Assembly (NCBI RefSeq): GCF_006345805.1
Contig: NC_043007.1
Span: forward strand, 70,556,001-70,620,000
From: Octopus sinensis
Lineage: Eukaryota
Length of the DNA stretch: 64,000 nt
Direction of reading: 5' to 3'
Both the position numbers and the translations under genes were made by a program. This document shows positions 38,652 to 51,600 of the stretch, in pieces (the first letter of the stretch is position 1; every line of letters begins with the position of its first letter). The notes beneath the pieces are model-generated. The model had not been told where the DNA came from. It made no database searches and saw only the letters and a program-made list of their open reading frames with translations.

Positions 38652-41602
38652 TTTTTAGAAACTCGATATAACAAGGAAGAAGGACCTGTAGCTGACTACC
38701 ATGGACTCTTCGATGAATGCTGACATGGAGCAACGGAACAACAACAATAATATGAACCTTAATTTTCGTTTTTAGATCGAATTTCGGGACACCTAAAATC
38801 GCGGATTTCCAGACGGTACGCCCAAACTATAAAACGGCTCTAGTCATAGGTGTAAAGAATAATTTCCTTCAACCAAAGCTCTGAGCAGACGGACAAGTTT
38901 ACAAAATATATTCAAGGCCGGAAACGTTGCTTCTAGAGGCAATCAACAGAAATAATTTAATAAAAGAGAAAATAAGCCATTGGCATTGACATTAATTCTT
39001 TGATAAGCTCAACTTCCGGCATTTGAAGTTTCTATGAGAAACCTTTGTTTGTTGTTTGGCTAACATTGTAAATCATTTTAATAAAAAGATAACAGCCGCC
39101 AGCAACACCTGATTTCAGAGATTTTTACGACTTGCCAACTTTTCACTAGTAAACTCTGCATCGTCTGCCACGTCTGGACGAACATTTTCTCTAAGAAACG
39201 ATTAAAACATGTCTTTGGTGAAGAATGATAAGAGAGAAATTAAATTCTCTATCTGTAAACATTCCTATTACAAAGAACGGACAGAGAAAATAAATCTGAT
39301 TGCAATTATTCCAGAATTTGAATCGGTGAAAGAATTTCGGAAAATTCTTACAGATTGGATTATAATTGAGTTGAATAATAAAGTTTTATAATAACGTTGA
39401 ATAATAGTTTTATAATAACAACTGCTTTTTCCTCTAAAAATATCGTTCTATATCTGATAATTTACTTTACATAAGTAACATACCAACACCTTCCAAATTT
39501 TTCCAGTCGTGAAATAATACGGGTTAACGATCACAGAGAAACAGGCTTCTTTTTCGAAATGGCTGATATAATATTTTAACATTAATTTATTCTTATAAAT
39601 AAAATCATAATCGTATTTTAACATCTTTAACAGCATGCTAACATGTTGAAGATCACATCTCGGGAAAATGATTCCACTGTGCCTGATATATTAAACGAGT
39701 CTGCATCTGATATCTAATATTATTTATTTATATTATAATATCAAGTATTATTAATTTACCATTGGCCCTATCACGTCACTGAAGGCTGGGTCTCTGGGCA
39801 CATCCTTGTACCATAACTTCCTAATTCTTACCATCCCCGTTCTGTAACGTGTGCGGGGTAAAGTAAAGTAAAGTAAATAAAAAAACCTTCTCAGAAGACT
39901 TTACGGTGTTGTGAAGCGTCTTTTAATCAAACTAAAAATGTCTGTTGCTGATGCTAAAGACAAACCTGAAATATGTGTGTGGTGTGAAGATAGAGTGGAA
40001 ATACGTCAGATTTAATGGCGCATGAGTCAAAGATTAGAGAAACTAAGAAGTATGTAAGATGAGATATACAAGTTAACGGCTGCCAACTTGTACAATCGAC
40101 AAGTTTTTCTTAATTGCGGTGTATTTTGGTAGAGTCAGGTTTGTCTTTTACTCTTAATCTTTAGTTTTTATGCAATACGAAAAATTCTTTTTTGTCTATA
40201 TTATAGTGATTATATATAAGGGGATAAATGGTTTATGGAAAGATAAAGGATGGAATCCACCGATATGCAATAAGGTGAAGAAACAAATTTAATAAATTTG
40301 TTGTTTTACGAACCTCTAATTGCAAAATGATTACTTTTATGTAAAATAAATGAACCGAAACAGCATATGTATATAAATATATACTTTCAGCATTGTGTTG
40401 GCTTGTATTGCATTTCCTATTATAAAAACTACTAAAGATCTGGCAAAGTCACTGAACTTATCAGATTTTCTTTTTTTATTTATCTGTGACTGTAAAGCAG
40501 TGCTGCTGCTGTGAGTGAGGTGAGGACTAAATGGCGTCTTGTTGTGTGTGTAAAAGATTCTGTTTCATTACAAATCTTTTAATGTTTCAACAAACATTTT
40601 TACATGTCTGTGAATGTTCTTAAGGTAGTCTGTTCTAAGGTCATTTTAGTCCCCACCCCCACCTTCCTAGGCACCGTTATTACGGTCCGGGGGTGGTGAT
40701 GGCAAAATTGGTTGAGCGTCAGATGAAAAAAAACAACTTGCAGTATTTTTAGCTACATTACTTAACGTTCTGATTTCGAATCTCACCAAGGTCGAATTTG
40801 CCTTACATTCTTCTAGGAACCAATAACCTGAAGTACTTATCAGGAACTAGGATCACTAGTAACCAACAAATATTTTTTCGGGAATATTCATTTTTGGAAT
40901 CAAACTCAATTTCAGATGTTTAAACATAAAAAGACAATTTCCTGAGCTAAATGAACTTCCATTTCCATCATAGTACTTTCAGCAGTTCTTGTAGAGTTCT
41001 GGTTCCTAGCTTTATTTCTATTGGTTCCACCTAGAATAAATTCTCCCTACCTTCTATATATACCTACTACAGACTCCTCTCATAGTTAGACAGTAACAAG
41101 TGAAGCTACCCAATTTCTCTTCATCTTAGTTCACATTCTTCTTCATTTCTTATCGCAACTTCTCCATTCCGCTTCATGCTGCTGACAGTTAGGCGTAATA
41201 TACTTTTCTCTAATGATATTGTGAAACAATATCTCACAATTTAAATAACTTCCTGTTGTCATTATCTAAGATAAACCTGATATTTACATTTTTATTCAGC
41301 CTGTACCAATAGTTAATACTGAAATATATATTTATTCACCAGCCATGAATTTAATCTACCAGGGTGACACAATAATTAACAAGTTATGCTTAAGAACAAC
41401 TGAATAACATCGTCAGGAGTTGGAACTTTTAACAACAGCTTTGTGCCCTGATGAAATCTGTCACATCACATACTTCAGTCTACCTGGCTGATAACAGGTT
41501 TTACTAGAAAGATCATGCAGTTGTAAAAACAATTTCTCTGACAAATCCATCCAACCTGCTAATATTGGATAATTAGTATTTTATTGGATTTGGAAAATAT
41601 CT

Positions 41603-41792
41603 TGACTCTGTCATACTTGGTATCAAACCTCAAAATATTTTTGAAGTTAATCATTCACCAACTTCCTACATTAGTAGTCTTCAGGTGTTTTGATCACTGA
41701 CTCTGTCATACTTGGTATCAAACCTCAAAATATTTTTGAAGTTAATCATTCACCAACTTCCTACATTAGTAGTCTTCAGGTGTTTTGATCAC
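41603..41792. repeat. Perfect 2 x 95-bp tandem duplication
   Basis: TGACTCTGTCATACTTGG...TTTTGATCAC starts at 41603 and again at 41698. Confidence 0.93.
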
Positions 41793-42461
41793 AAAATAAA
41801 GGCTTTCTTTTTAAAATTTTCTTCTATTATTTCTTATTAAATGGAACTTTTTACCTGAAAATACTTATTTTCAAACTGTGGCACATCTACATGTTGCAAG
41901 CTCACCCTTCACAATATTATTCCATATACATCTGAGATAGCATAGCCATGAAGAATACATGCCTTGCAGAGTACAACAAAATAACAACCTGAAAGAGAAC
42001 CACTAACCAACTGGCTTCAAGTACTTGCTCATCATAAAGCTTTGTTCTTCTTTGTCCTTCCTGCAATCATCTAAACTTGTTGATAAAGTCCCACTCCATC
42101 AGAAACCTTATTTTCACCACCTCCTCTTCCAACCACCTTCAATCTTAGAATAAATAATTTCTACATTTCTTTGTTCTCAAACTTATTCAGCCAATTTAAA
42201 TTCCAAACATTTCTGATTCAGACTGCTTGTAAAGGTTACAGTCACTGCCCTCCACATTAAAGATTAAATGAAAAGGAAAAAAAACCCATGGCCAACATTT
42301 GAACTCTGGACCTTCAGAATAACCAAAAACTCTCATAAGCTCAAATATTAACATTTCATGGCATCAACTTTAAAAAAAACTTAATTCAAAGTCATAAAAT
42401 GGATTATATATATTTAGTTATATTGTGGCTCAGTCTTTAATGTACATAAAAAGAAATTTTT

Positions 42462-42626
42462 CTAAAACTTTAATGTTTTACTTCTTCTTGAATAAGAAGT
42501 TGATTTTTTTTGAAGACATAACCATGAACTAGGGTCTTGCCAAGTGGGCCTTGGCTCTTCATTTTCAAAAGGGATATGCCAACCATGGTTACACCTCTGA
42601 GCACGTATATCTTCTTTACGTGGCCA
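42462..42626 (-). CDS. PRORP: PRORP last coding exon (WPRKEDIRAQ...WHIP...WLCLQ...stop)
   Basis: Acceptor ttcattttgcag|TGG. Contains WHIP and WLC Zn ligands and ends at TAG. Confidence 0.92.
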   Translation of the reverse strand, partial: WPRKEDIRAQRCNHGWHIPFENEEPRPTWQDPSSWLCLQKKSTSYSRRSKTLKF

Positions 42627-45600
42627 CTGCAAAATGAATAAAAATGGAAAATAAAGACAAAGGAAAACTTGTAAAGTAGGGTTTCTTAACCATTTTTTTA
42701 ATCTATGGATCCCTTTCATTACTATTTTATTCTGGTGGACTCCCATAGCCATTTGATGCTTAAAAACTAGTTTTATAGAAACTTCTTCCAAAATTCCAAT
42801 TTTGTTTTTCACACATTAACATGTGTAAGCTGAACTCTGTAAAATGTTAGAGAAATAAATTTAGCTGTTTCTTGCAATACATACCAATATACATCTAAAA
42901 CCTAATTTTTTCAGGGACCCTCAAAATACTATTGTGGGTTCCTAATTTACTATTTGTTGCATGGACCCCAAGAATCTTATATGGACCCTCAGGGGCCATA
43001 TGGATTCCAGTTGATAACCACTACACATTACAAATAGGTATATTCAATCTTTAGCAAATATTTACAGTCTATAATAGAAATATAATGCTGGCGTGATGAC
43101 TTTCTCTAAACACAACAAAATATAAAATGTGGATGTCTGATTTTACACAGCAGATAACTTTAAAAACAAACTGTTATTATTTTCTCTATTTTTCAGCAAA
43201 AATTCAACAATTCAAAATCCTTTTATCTCAATAAATGTCAAGAAGTCTGCAGATTTTGGATTTATATCAACATTGAGCACCATTTGAGCGTGATCGTTGT
43301 CAGCATCGCCTCAGTGGCACGTAAAAAACACCATTTTCAGGCATGTCCACTGCCAGTACTGCCAGACTGGCCCTCGTGCCGGTGGCACTTTAAAAGCACC
43401 CACTACACTCTCTGAGTGGTTGGCGTTAGGAAGGGCATCCAGCTATAGAAACTCTTCCAGATCAAGATTGGAGCCTGGTGCAGCCATCTGGTTCGCCAGT
43501 CCTCAGTCAAATCGTCCAACCCATGCTAGCATGGAAAGCGGACGTTAAACGATGATGATAATGATGATGATTGAAAAATCAGGAAATAAATTGCTATAAT
43601 ATCAGGAAAGAAGCTCAAATTTGGTAGGAGATATACAGTTGACTGAACTAATTCCTGTTTCTGACTACTGTTTCATCTTATCAACCTTGGAGGAATGGAG
43701 AGATAAATTTTCCTTGGTAGGATTTTGACTCAAAACAGTTTAGGTATGAAACTAAATACTCAACATTTTAAAACAAAAATAAACTAAAACTGAAATTATG
43801 GATGCAGGTTAATATCATCTGCAGACAAAAAGACTTTAGCTGCATTACTTTATGTTGTGAGTTCAAATTACTGTTGAGATTGATGACAACTTTTTATCTT
43901 TCATCAAGAAGATAAATACCAGTAAAAAACTAAATTTGGTATAATCAACCACTCCCTCCAACCAAATTTGAGGTCCTGTGTTGCTGTTACAGATCTTATA
44001 TTATTCATACAAGAGAATCCCTTTATTAATTTTGTTCTGATATGAGCTGAGATTCGAGTATTACAATGATATGTAAATAGTAAAGAACCAGTAGCAACAT
44101 TTGACTCCTGAAGCATTGAAAATGTGGAAATCTTTGTGAGACATAGAAACTTAGAACTCCAAAAAGAGGAAGTCATAGGACAGTGCAGAGCACAAAATTC
44201 TGTGGTATTTAAAGGATAGAGCCAACGGAATATTTAAAAAGTGAAAGTCTACAGACTGGGTAAGAGAAGATGACTATTTTAGAATTATAAAGATATTGTT
44301 TATCATGTGAAGCATACATATCTGCTGGATGTGTATCAGATCAGTGATTATTTTGACAGCAATAGTCAGAGGGGTTGGTCACTATATATATTTTCTTGAT
44401 CATATTTACCTCGAAGGAAGGGAGATAACGTAGAACTCTTTAGTGTTGCAGAGGACAAGACAACCTATTTGACGATGTGTTATAACGAAATGCACTCAGT
44501 ACAATGCAAAAAGCTGGTAAACCAAGGGAGATAATGTTGATAACAGAGGAGTCTTTAACCTTGCTGAGGCAGCTGTAGTTGACTGTTGGTAAAGAGGTTA
44601 ACTAGAAAAAGAGTTAGTGCGGCATGAAAGAAGAAGGGTGAGTGAATGGGGAGAGATAGGGTGATGGCAGAAATAATGGATGTGAGGGAAATTGATGTCT
44701 GTCAATAAATTGTGATAGAGAAAGGAAACCTTTTCTATTCTAAGTTGCAGGATTAAAGATGAATTGTTCATTGAGGCATAGGTAATGTCACAAAATTAAA
44801 TAAAGACATTTAATATCTCTTTAGTTACTTATTTAAATTAAGACTGCAATTATTTATTTATTAAAAAATAGAAATATTAAATTTCTAAATATCTCAGAGA
44901 GATATAAGCAGTGGTGGTACGATTGAGCTGTTGTATACTGTCAACTTAACGTGACAGTGCCATAAAGGGAATCACACTACTGCTATTTAGCCGAAGGAAG
45001 CATCAACGTTTCCTGTCAGCCTTGACACATTTCCTGTGTCCTTATTTTTACAAGGGAGAGACAAGCACCTCCATCCAGCTAAGTCTGCATCCAGAGACAT
45101 ATTATATATGTTTACAAGGTCTAGACAGGCATCTGCAGCTAGCAAACCATGCTACTCCAGACTGATGACGAGCAAGACTCAGAAACATAAAAAATCTCCA
45201 GAAAGTAATGAGGTGGTGGAGGGGGGAGGGCAATGGTCAGTTAAGAACTTGATGTTTTTAGATGGTGAATACCTTGAAGAATGCAAGGACTTCATTCATG
45301 TATCTTAGCGGTAGCATCAGTTATAAATAAGATATGAAGAAAGAGGTTAACATCCAAATTGGTAAAGCTAACAATGTTTTTCTTAACATCCAAATTGGTA
45401 AAGCTAACAATGTTTTTCTTAACAATGTTTTTCTTAAAGCTCACAACAGAATGAAGATAAAAACTCAGTTGTTGTCAAGCATTGTCTTCTCTAACTTTCT
45501 CTTTGGGTGTGAGTCATGGCCTCTGACTAAGGTACTAAATGGGAAATTGAAAATCTTCCAGCAAAGATGCTTGCATAAGACACAGCACATTTCCAACAGG

Positions 45601-48600
45601 ATCTGTCACCAACCTTGAAATACTAAGAAGATCTGGACTCTCATACATCTTAAGTCAAATGGTGACCAGCAGGAGGAGGAAATGACTAATGGATGTGATC
45701 AAGATAGATCCATCCTGACTCCAGTGGCCTCCAACAGGGTCCCAAGAAGAAAGGACATCTGAAGAAGAAATGGTTGACAGTAGCAAAAGAAGATGTTGTG
45801 AATGATGGCAAGAGCTGGACCTGGGACTTGAAGATGAGTGAAATATTCTTGTTGCTTGATGGTCTTTGAACAGGATCAACTAAGTAACAAATGAATTGAC
45901 AGACTATTTAAACTAAATTTTCTTCTTGTTTTCTCTCTTTTTTTACATCCCTTGTACCCCTTTTTTTTTACCATGTTTCTGTTGAAATATGCTGCTTTTA
46001 TATTAGTTTATTTTGAAAATAATGAAGCCTTTAGTAGAATAATTTTGTCACTATGAAATTACTGCCTAGAACATTAATTAACATAAGTTTTGATGGAAGG
46101 TTTTAATTTAGATCACTTTAAAACAAACTTTGTATCATGAAAATGAGGTAATTTCTACTCTTCTCCTCTGGAAGCCATCTGCTTGCGATACCAGAGGGTG
46201 CACACTCTCCTACCCTGATGTAATCTCCAGGGATACAGGCATCCAGCAACAGGACTCCGTAATGCTATGATGAACCGTGAAGTCTGGCGTAACATAGTAA
46301 ATTCCATTGTCTCGACCACGGTCGAACAATGATGATGATGATTGTATCATGGAATCAGGGGTGGTTTCAGGTAGGTTGGTATCAAAAGGGTTAAGTGCTT
46401 GAAAGGCTCCCTAGAAGTAGCTAAAAGCTTCTGTTAGGGACCCATTACTTCAAATGACATGATCTAAGTTGGCATTAATGTTCCTTTTGAAACTTTCTAA
46501 GTCAACATCTGTGGGAAAGACCTGAGCTGAGAAGGAATTCCAGAGGGAAGGCATTGTGGGGAGGAAGGACCGGAAGTAGTGATTTGGTGGTGAGTCTGGA
46601 CACAAGATGAGTGAAGAAAAGAAGCATGAGGATTAGGAAGAACAAAAGTGGGTTAGAAATGGCCGAGGGAAGAAATAGGTTGAACAACAACAGCCTGCTC
46701 AACCTGGGAAAGCAGGTGTGAAATGATAATGATGACATTGACATGTATAAAGCATGGTAAAATGTCTCACCTGAAATATAATGTGACCATTTTGTTTCAC
46801 TTTATATAACTGCACTTGGTGACTGTACTGCCATCGACGAAAGAGCTCACCATACTCTTCTCCTAAAGAAAATTTATGGTCTCGCATTTCATCAGATGAA
46901 ACAAATACTGACCTAGGACCACTGTAGAGTGTAGCGTAGATAAGATAAGGATCGTCTTCAGATCTGAAACAAAAATTAAGATTATAGATTATAGTTTTGT
47001 TTTTTCACACTCTTTTTATGCAGTTCCTTGTTGCTATAATATTGCTTAACGATAATTAATAATAAATAGTTTGATAATTAATAAGTTTGAACTACAGCCG
47101 ATTGATACCACTAAGAAATACAAAACTAGGAGGAATATTTTCTGGGGATATGGGTGGGGAGGTGCAATTCTGTGGAGACAAGACTGAGCAGTGTTTAGCA
47201 AGAAGTTTGGAGATTAGATTAATCAAGAATAATGAAGAGAAGGAGGATGTATTTGATAAGTTGGAATGGTAAACAGTTTGCTAGATGAGAGGAGTAGAAG
47301 TTAGAGAAAGGAAATATGTCTGTGATCCAGTGGTGTAGTGTGTTATTGATTAAATTTTTACCATTCAACTGGATAGCCACTTTTGGAAGCAGTCTACCAA
47401 ACTTTTGCTTTTTATAAAGCAGTAGCAATGTTTCAGATAAGTCAATACTCCTCCTCCTCCTCATCATCATTTCACATCTGATTATCCAGGTTGAACAGGT
47501 TGTTGCTGTTCAATCTAGACCTTCCCTTAGCCATTTCTAACCTACTTTTGCTCTTCCTAATCCTCATGTTTATTTTCTTCACTCATCTTGAGTCCAAACC
47601 CACCACCAGACTTTACAGAAATTACTACAGCTAATCCTTCCTCTCCATGATGCGATCCCTCTAGAATTCCTTCCCTGCTCAGGTCTTTCCCACAGATGTT
47701 GACTTGGAAAGTTTCAAGAGCAACATTAATACCAACAAACTCACCAACTTAGTCAGCTCCTGCAAAGGCCATGAGCACCATTTCTTCCTCAAGAATCAGT
47801 AAAGAAAAATAGTGGGGTTGAAAACAGCCACTGAGTTTTAGGACTATTTTCAAAAGTCTTCAACAATTCTATTTATATAATAATAATAATAATAATAATG
47901 AAATTATTGTATACAGTGCTCAGGTGCACCACAACTTGTCAGAAAGTGCATATAGAGTATATGCAGTAATGTACAAATGTCTGGAAAGCGAACAATGTAT
48001 GAGTCAGATACATGCTTGTGTGTGTATGGAGGGGAGAAAATCAGGTGTAGTGTTGGCGAAACTATTGACATCAGCAGAGAGAATGAGAATTCATTCACCA
48101 TCTGGGAATGAATTTGCTTGTTATTTCAAACTGACAGAGAAGGAAGAGAGTAGACATAAACATGAAAACAGAAATTTACTTACATATTTTCAATGAAGAA
48201 GCAGGAAGCCAACTTTTTAATAATTTTTATGTCTCTTTCAGGCCATTTCAACATATACTTTCGACCAACAACCAAAACTTTCATTTTTTTAATCAAAGCA
48301 AAATATTCAACTGCTTTCCGTAACTGTCAAACAAAGATAACATACAAGAGATATTAAAGAATTAATCTGTCATATAAAGTAACCGTTCTGTAGCAAAGTT
48401 AGAATATGAAGAAACAGATTCTCTCCAAAATAACAACTATTAAAACTGTTTAAAACTAAGGTATTTTGGACACATTTGATATCTGGCAAAGAAAGCGCAG
48501 GAATGTAATGAAAGACACTGTCTCATTTGTGTGCATAGTAGAAAGAATCATCATTATTATTATTATTATTATTATGATTAAGATGGTGAGTTGGCAGAAT

Positions 48601-51600
48601 CATTAGCATGCCAGGCAAAACGCTTATTAACATTTCACCTGTCTTCAAGTTCTGAGTTTACATTCTGTTGAGGTTGACTGTCTTTCATTAATAAAATAAT
48701 TACCAGTTGAGCACTGGAGTTGATGTACCCGTACCCCCAAATTGCTGGCCTTGTGCTAAAATTTGAAACTATCAATAATAATTCTCCTCCTCCTCCTTCT
48801 TCTTTTTCTTCATTTAAATTCTTCTGATTTATCTATGTCATAAGTCAAAGCCATCCTTCAGCTTAGTGATGCCACACTTTTTTTCAACACATGGGCTGTT
48901 CCAAATATTGCCGCCAAATGAGTGCTTCCTACCAAGTCTGGTATTTGCAGTTTTTGATGCCAGAATATTTGAAGTTTTTTTATGCTTTTTGAGATGATCT
49001 CAAGCGCACCAATCACAAAAAAGCTACCACACTCACTTTTGAGGCTCTATGGATCCTTTTCACTTCTAATCTTAAGTCTTGGTACTTCCTGAATTTCTTG
49101 TCCTCTGTCTTCACAATATTCTGATCTGCAGGTATAGATACATTGATGAAGGTCCATTCTTTGGTCACCTTCCATAGGACAGTGACATCTGGTGAGTTAT
49201 GTTACAAGGAGAGTGATATCTGATCAGTTATTTTTCATTATTTATTATTATTATTATTATTGAGTAAGAGAGCAGCACATGCCGTCAAAGTGACACTGGG
49301 GTGAAGCCTAACATACCCATCATGACTACTCATCTCATAAGGGTACACCAGGTACATGCATCACAACCATAAGAGCATGACATGGTGAATTCATATCAAC
49401 ATACACAGAATATGACCTTGTGGGTGGTGCCCAGTTAGAATTTTCTTCAGGTTTAGTAGCCTATCCTGCACAAAAAGTCCCTGAATAACGGTTACTTAAG
49501 GATAATGAATGAAACAGCCATGTTTCCAGAGGTGAATTATTCAAACTCAAAAGAACCCCTCTCAATATATTGCTCCCCAACTGCTCCTGGTCATGATCAG
49601 AGATGCACATATTATCCACCACTAAGAGACATGCTCAACTGGCCATCAAATTATTATTATTTCCATCTTTGCATGGTAATATTGATCTGGTATGTATGCA
49701 GTACAGCATATTCTAACTCACCTTGTTTGTTACACCAAACATTCTCAAATCTAACCTCATTCATTTTTTTTCATCTTATTTTGGTTTTCCTACACTACAG
49801 GTAACTCCCAATGTCAGTCAGCCTACAACAATATTTACCTAGCACTCATCCATTCCTATCATATTTATACCCATTCAACAATCTCTCCTGCATACACTGG
49901 TTGATTTGTCCCTGTGTGTCTCTCCAGCCAATAAGTATTCAATGCCCATTTCACAACAAATCCATGCAACATCACACTTCATACTTTTGCCTCATACAAT
50001 CTGCCCCCACCCGTCCACTTTTTTTTATTATGTACTTTACTTTACTTAATTTTTACTTATTTCAGTCATGTGACTGTGGCCATGCTGGAGCACTGCCTTT
50101 AGGCGAGCAAATTGACCCTAGGACTTATTCTTTGTAAGCCTAGTACTTATTCTATCAGTTTCTTTTGCCGAACCACTAAGTTACGGGGACGTAAACACAC
50201 CAGCATTGGTTGTCAAGCAATGTTGGGGGGACGGGACAAACACAGACATATACATACATACACATATATATATATATATATATATACACGATGGGCTTCT
50301 TTCAGTTTCCATCTACCAAATCCATACACTAGGCTTTGGTCGGCCCGAGGCTATAGTAGAAAACACTTACCCAAGATGCCACGCAGTGGGACTGAACCCG
50401 GAACCATGTGGTTGGTAAGCAAGCTACTTACCACACAGCCACTAGATACTTTTTTCTTTCCTTTCTTTCTTCTATTTGTCACAACTCCTTTCATCTCCCA
50501 GATGACAAAATCTGTCCTCTCTATCCAGCAAGTTATCTGAATAGTTCAAAGATATTTTATGAGGGCTCTTCCTGCAAATAATTCTAGTGTCACGCACACC
50601 AGTAGCCTAGTCAATCTGTTAGAGATTCCTCAGCAGCTTTTGTGCATCCATCAATTGCAATGAGTACACAATGTTAAGTTCATGCCAACACTGTCACTGG
50701 CCTTTGGACTCTTTCTGGTTTACTTTTTATGCAGCTCTTTCGCAGATTTTACTAAGGAAAATTAAGGAATTTTGTTTTAATATCATTGATGAAAAATTAT
50801 GGAATTTCACAAAGGATGGAATATTTTGGGGATGATCAGCTGCCACAAACTCAAATCATACACCAACTTCCAGCTTTAAAGCGATAACAAAACTAAAAGA
50901 AAATAAATTAAGATGGTGCTCCAGCATGGCTGCACTCCTATGACTGAAACCATTAAAGGAATAAAAAAATAGTCTTGTTTGAATATTGGTTCCAAAAAGA
51001 AACACTTGCTTTCAAAAATGGTAAATGTATTCTACACACTTCATTATCATCATCATGATGTAATTAATGTACTTCATCATCATTCTGTATATTGTCATTG
51101 TCATCATGTAATTAATTTAGAAGAAAACTGAAATTCTGTAAGTGCTAAATCACTCATTCGGTTTTTGATTGAGATGAAGTACATTTTGAGATAAAACCGA
51201 CAATTCTGAAGGAACAATGATGAAGTCATTAATGATTTCAATCTAGAATGGTAAAAATAAATTTGTAGAACATACCTGAAAAGACTTATTCCTCATCTGA
51301 CCCATTTTGAGGGAAACATTTAAAGAATCAAAAACTACATCAAAAGGCGCTTTTTCTTCAACAAATAATTTGAAACTTTCAAGTTCTGCCGGATTTGTAT
51401 TTTGGTAAAGGTCCTTTCCAATCAGAACTTTTTCAAAAAATACACGACGCAGCTTTTGGAACTGTGAAAATGGTATATCCAATTTATCTATGGCTGTATT
51501 ACAATTTGGACATATTCCTCTGAGAATGAAAAACAAGTAAACAAAAATGATACAATTTAATGAAGAGAAACATTTAGCATTAAATTCAATTTTCAAAGAT

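Noticed and set aside
38876-38932. Hammerhead-like AAGCT-CTGAGCA...CCG-GAAACGTTGCTT
   Set aside because: The core lacks G8 and helix II is weak, so it cannot be supported as functional.
39209-39636. Two ~60-aa ORFs as real genes
   Set aside because: They have no recognisable motifs, and such lengths are expected by chance in AT-rich DNA.
39668-39710. C/D box snoRNA (ATGATT...CTGA...CTGA)
   Set aside because: It is too short, has a poor C box and no terminal stem, and is not in a recognised intron.
45158-45190. Hammerhead at CTGATGACGAGCAAGACTCAGAAAC
   Set aside because: Helix I and helix III cannot form, so it is likely chance.
48770-49265. Dong-like (TAA)n target specificity of the R4-type fragment
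   Set aside because: The adjacent (TTA)n can be the tail of the neighbouring repeat, and there is no matching tract or TSD on the other side.
51324-51326. A-to-I editing restoring Gly in the PRORP DSLN motif
   Set aside because: The codon is TCT; only AGY serine codons can be edited to glycine.
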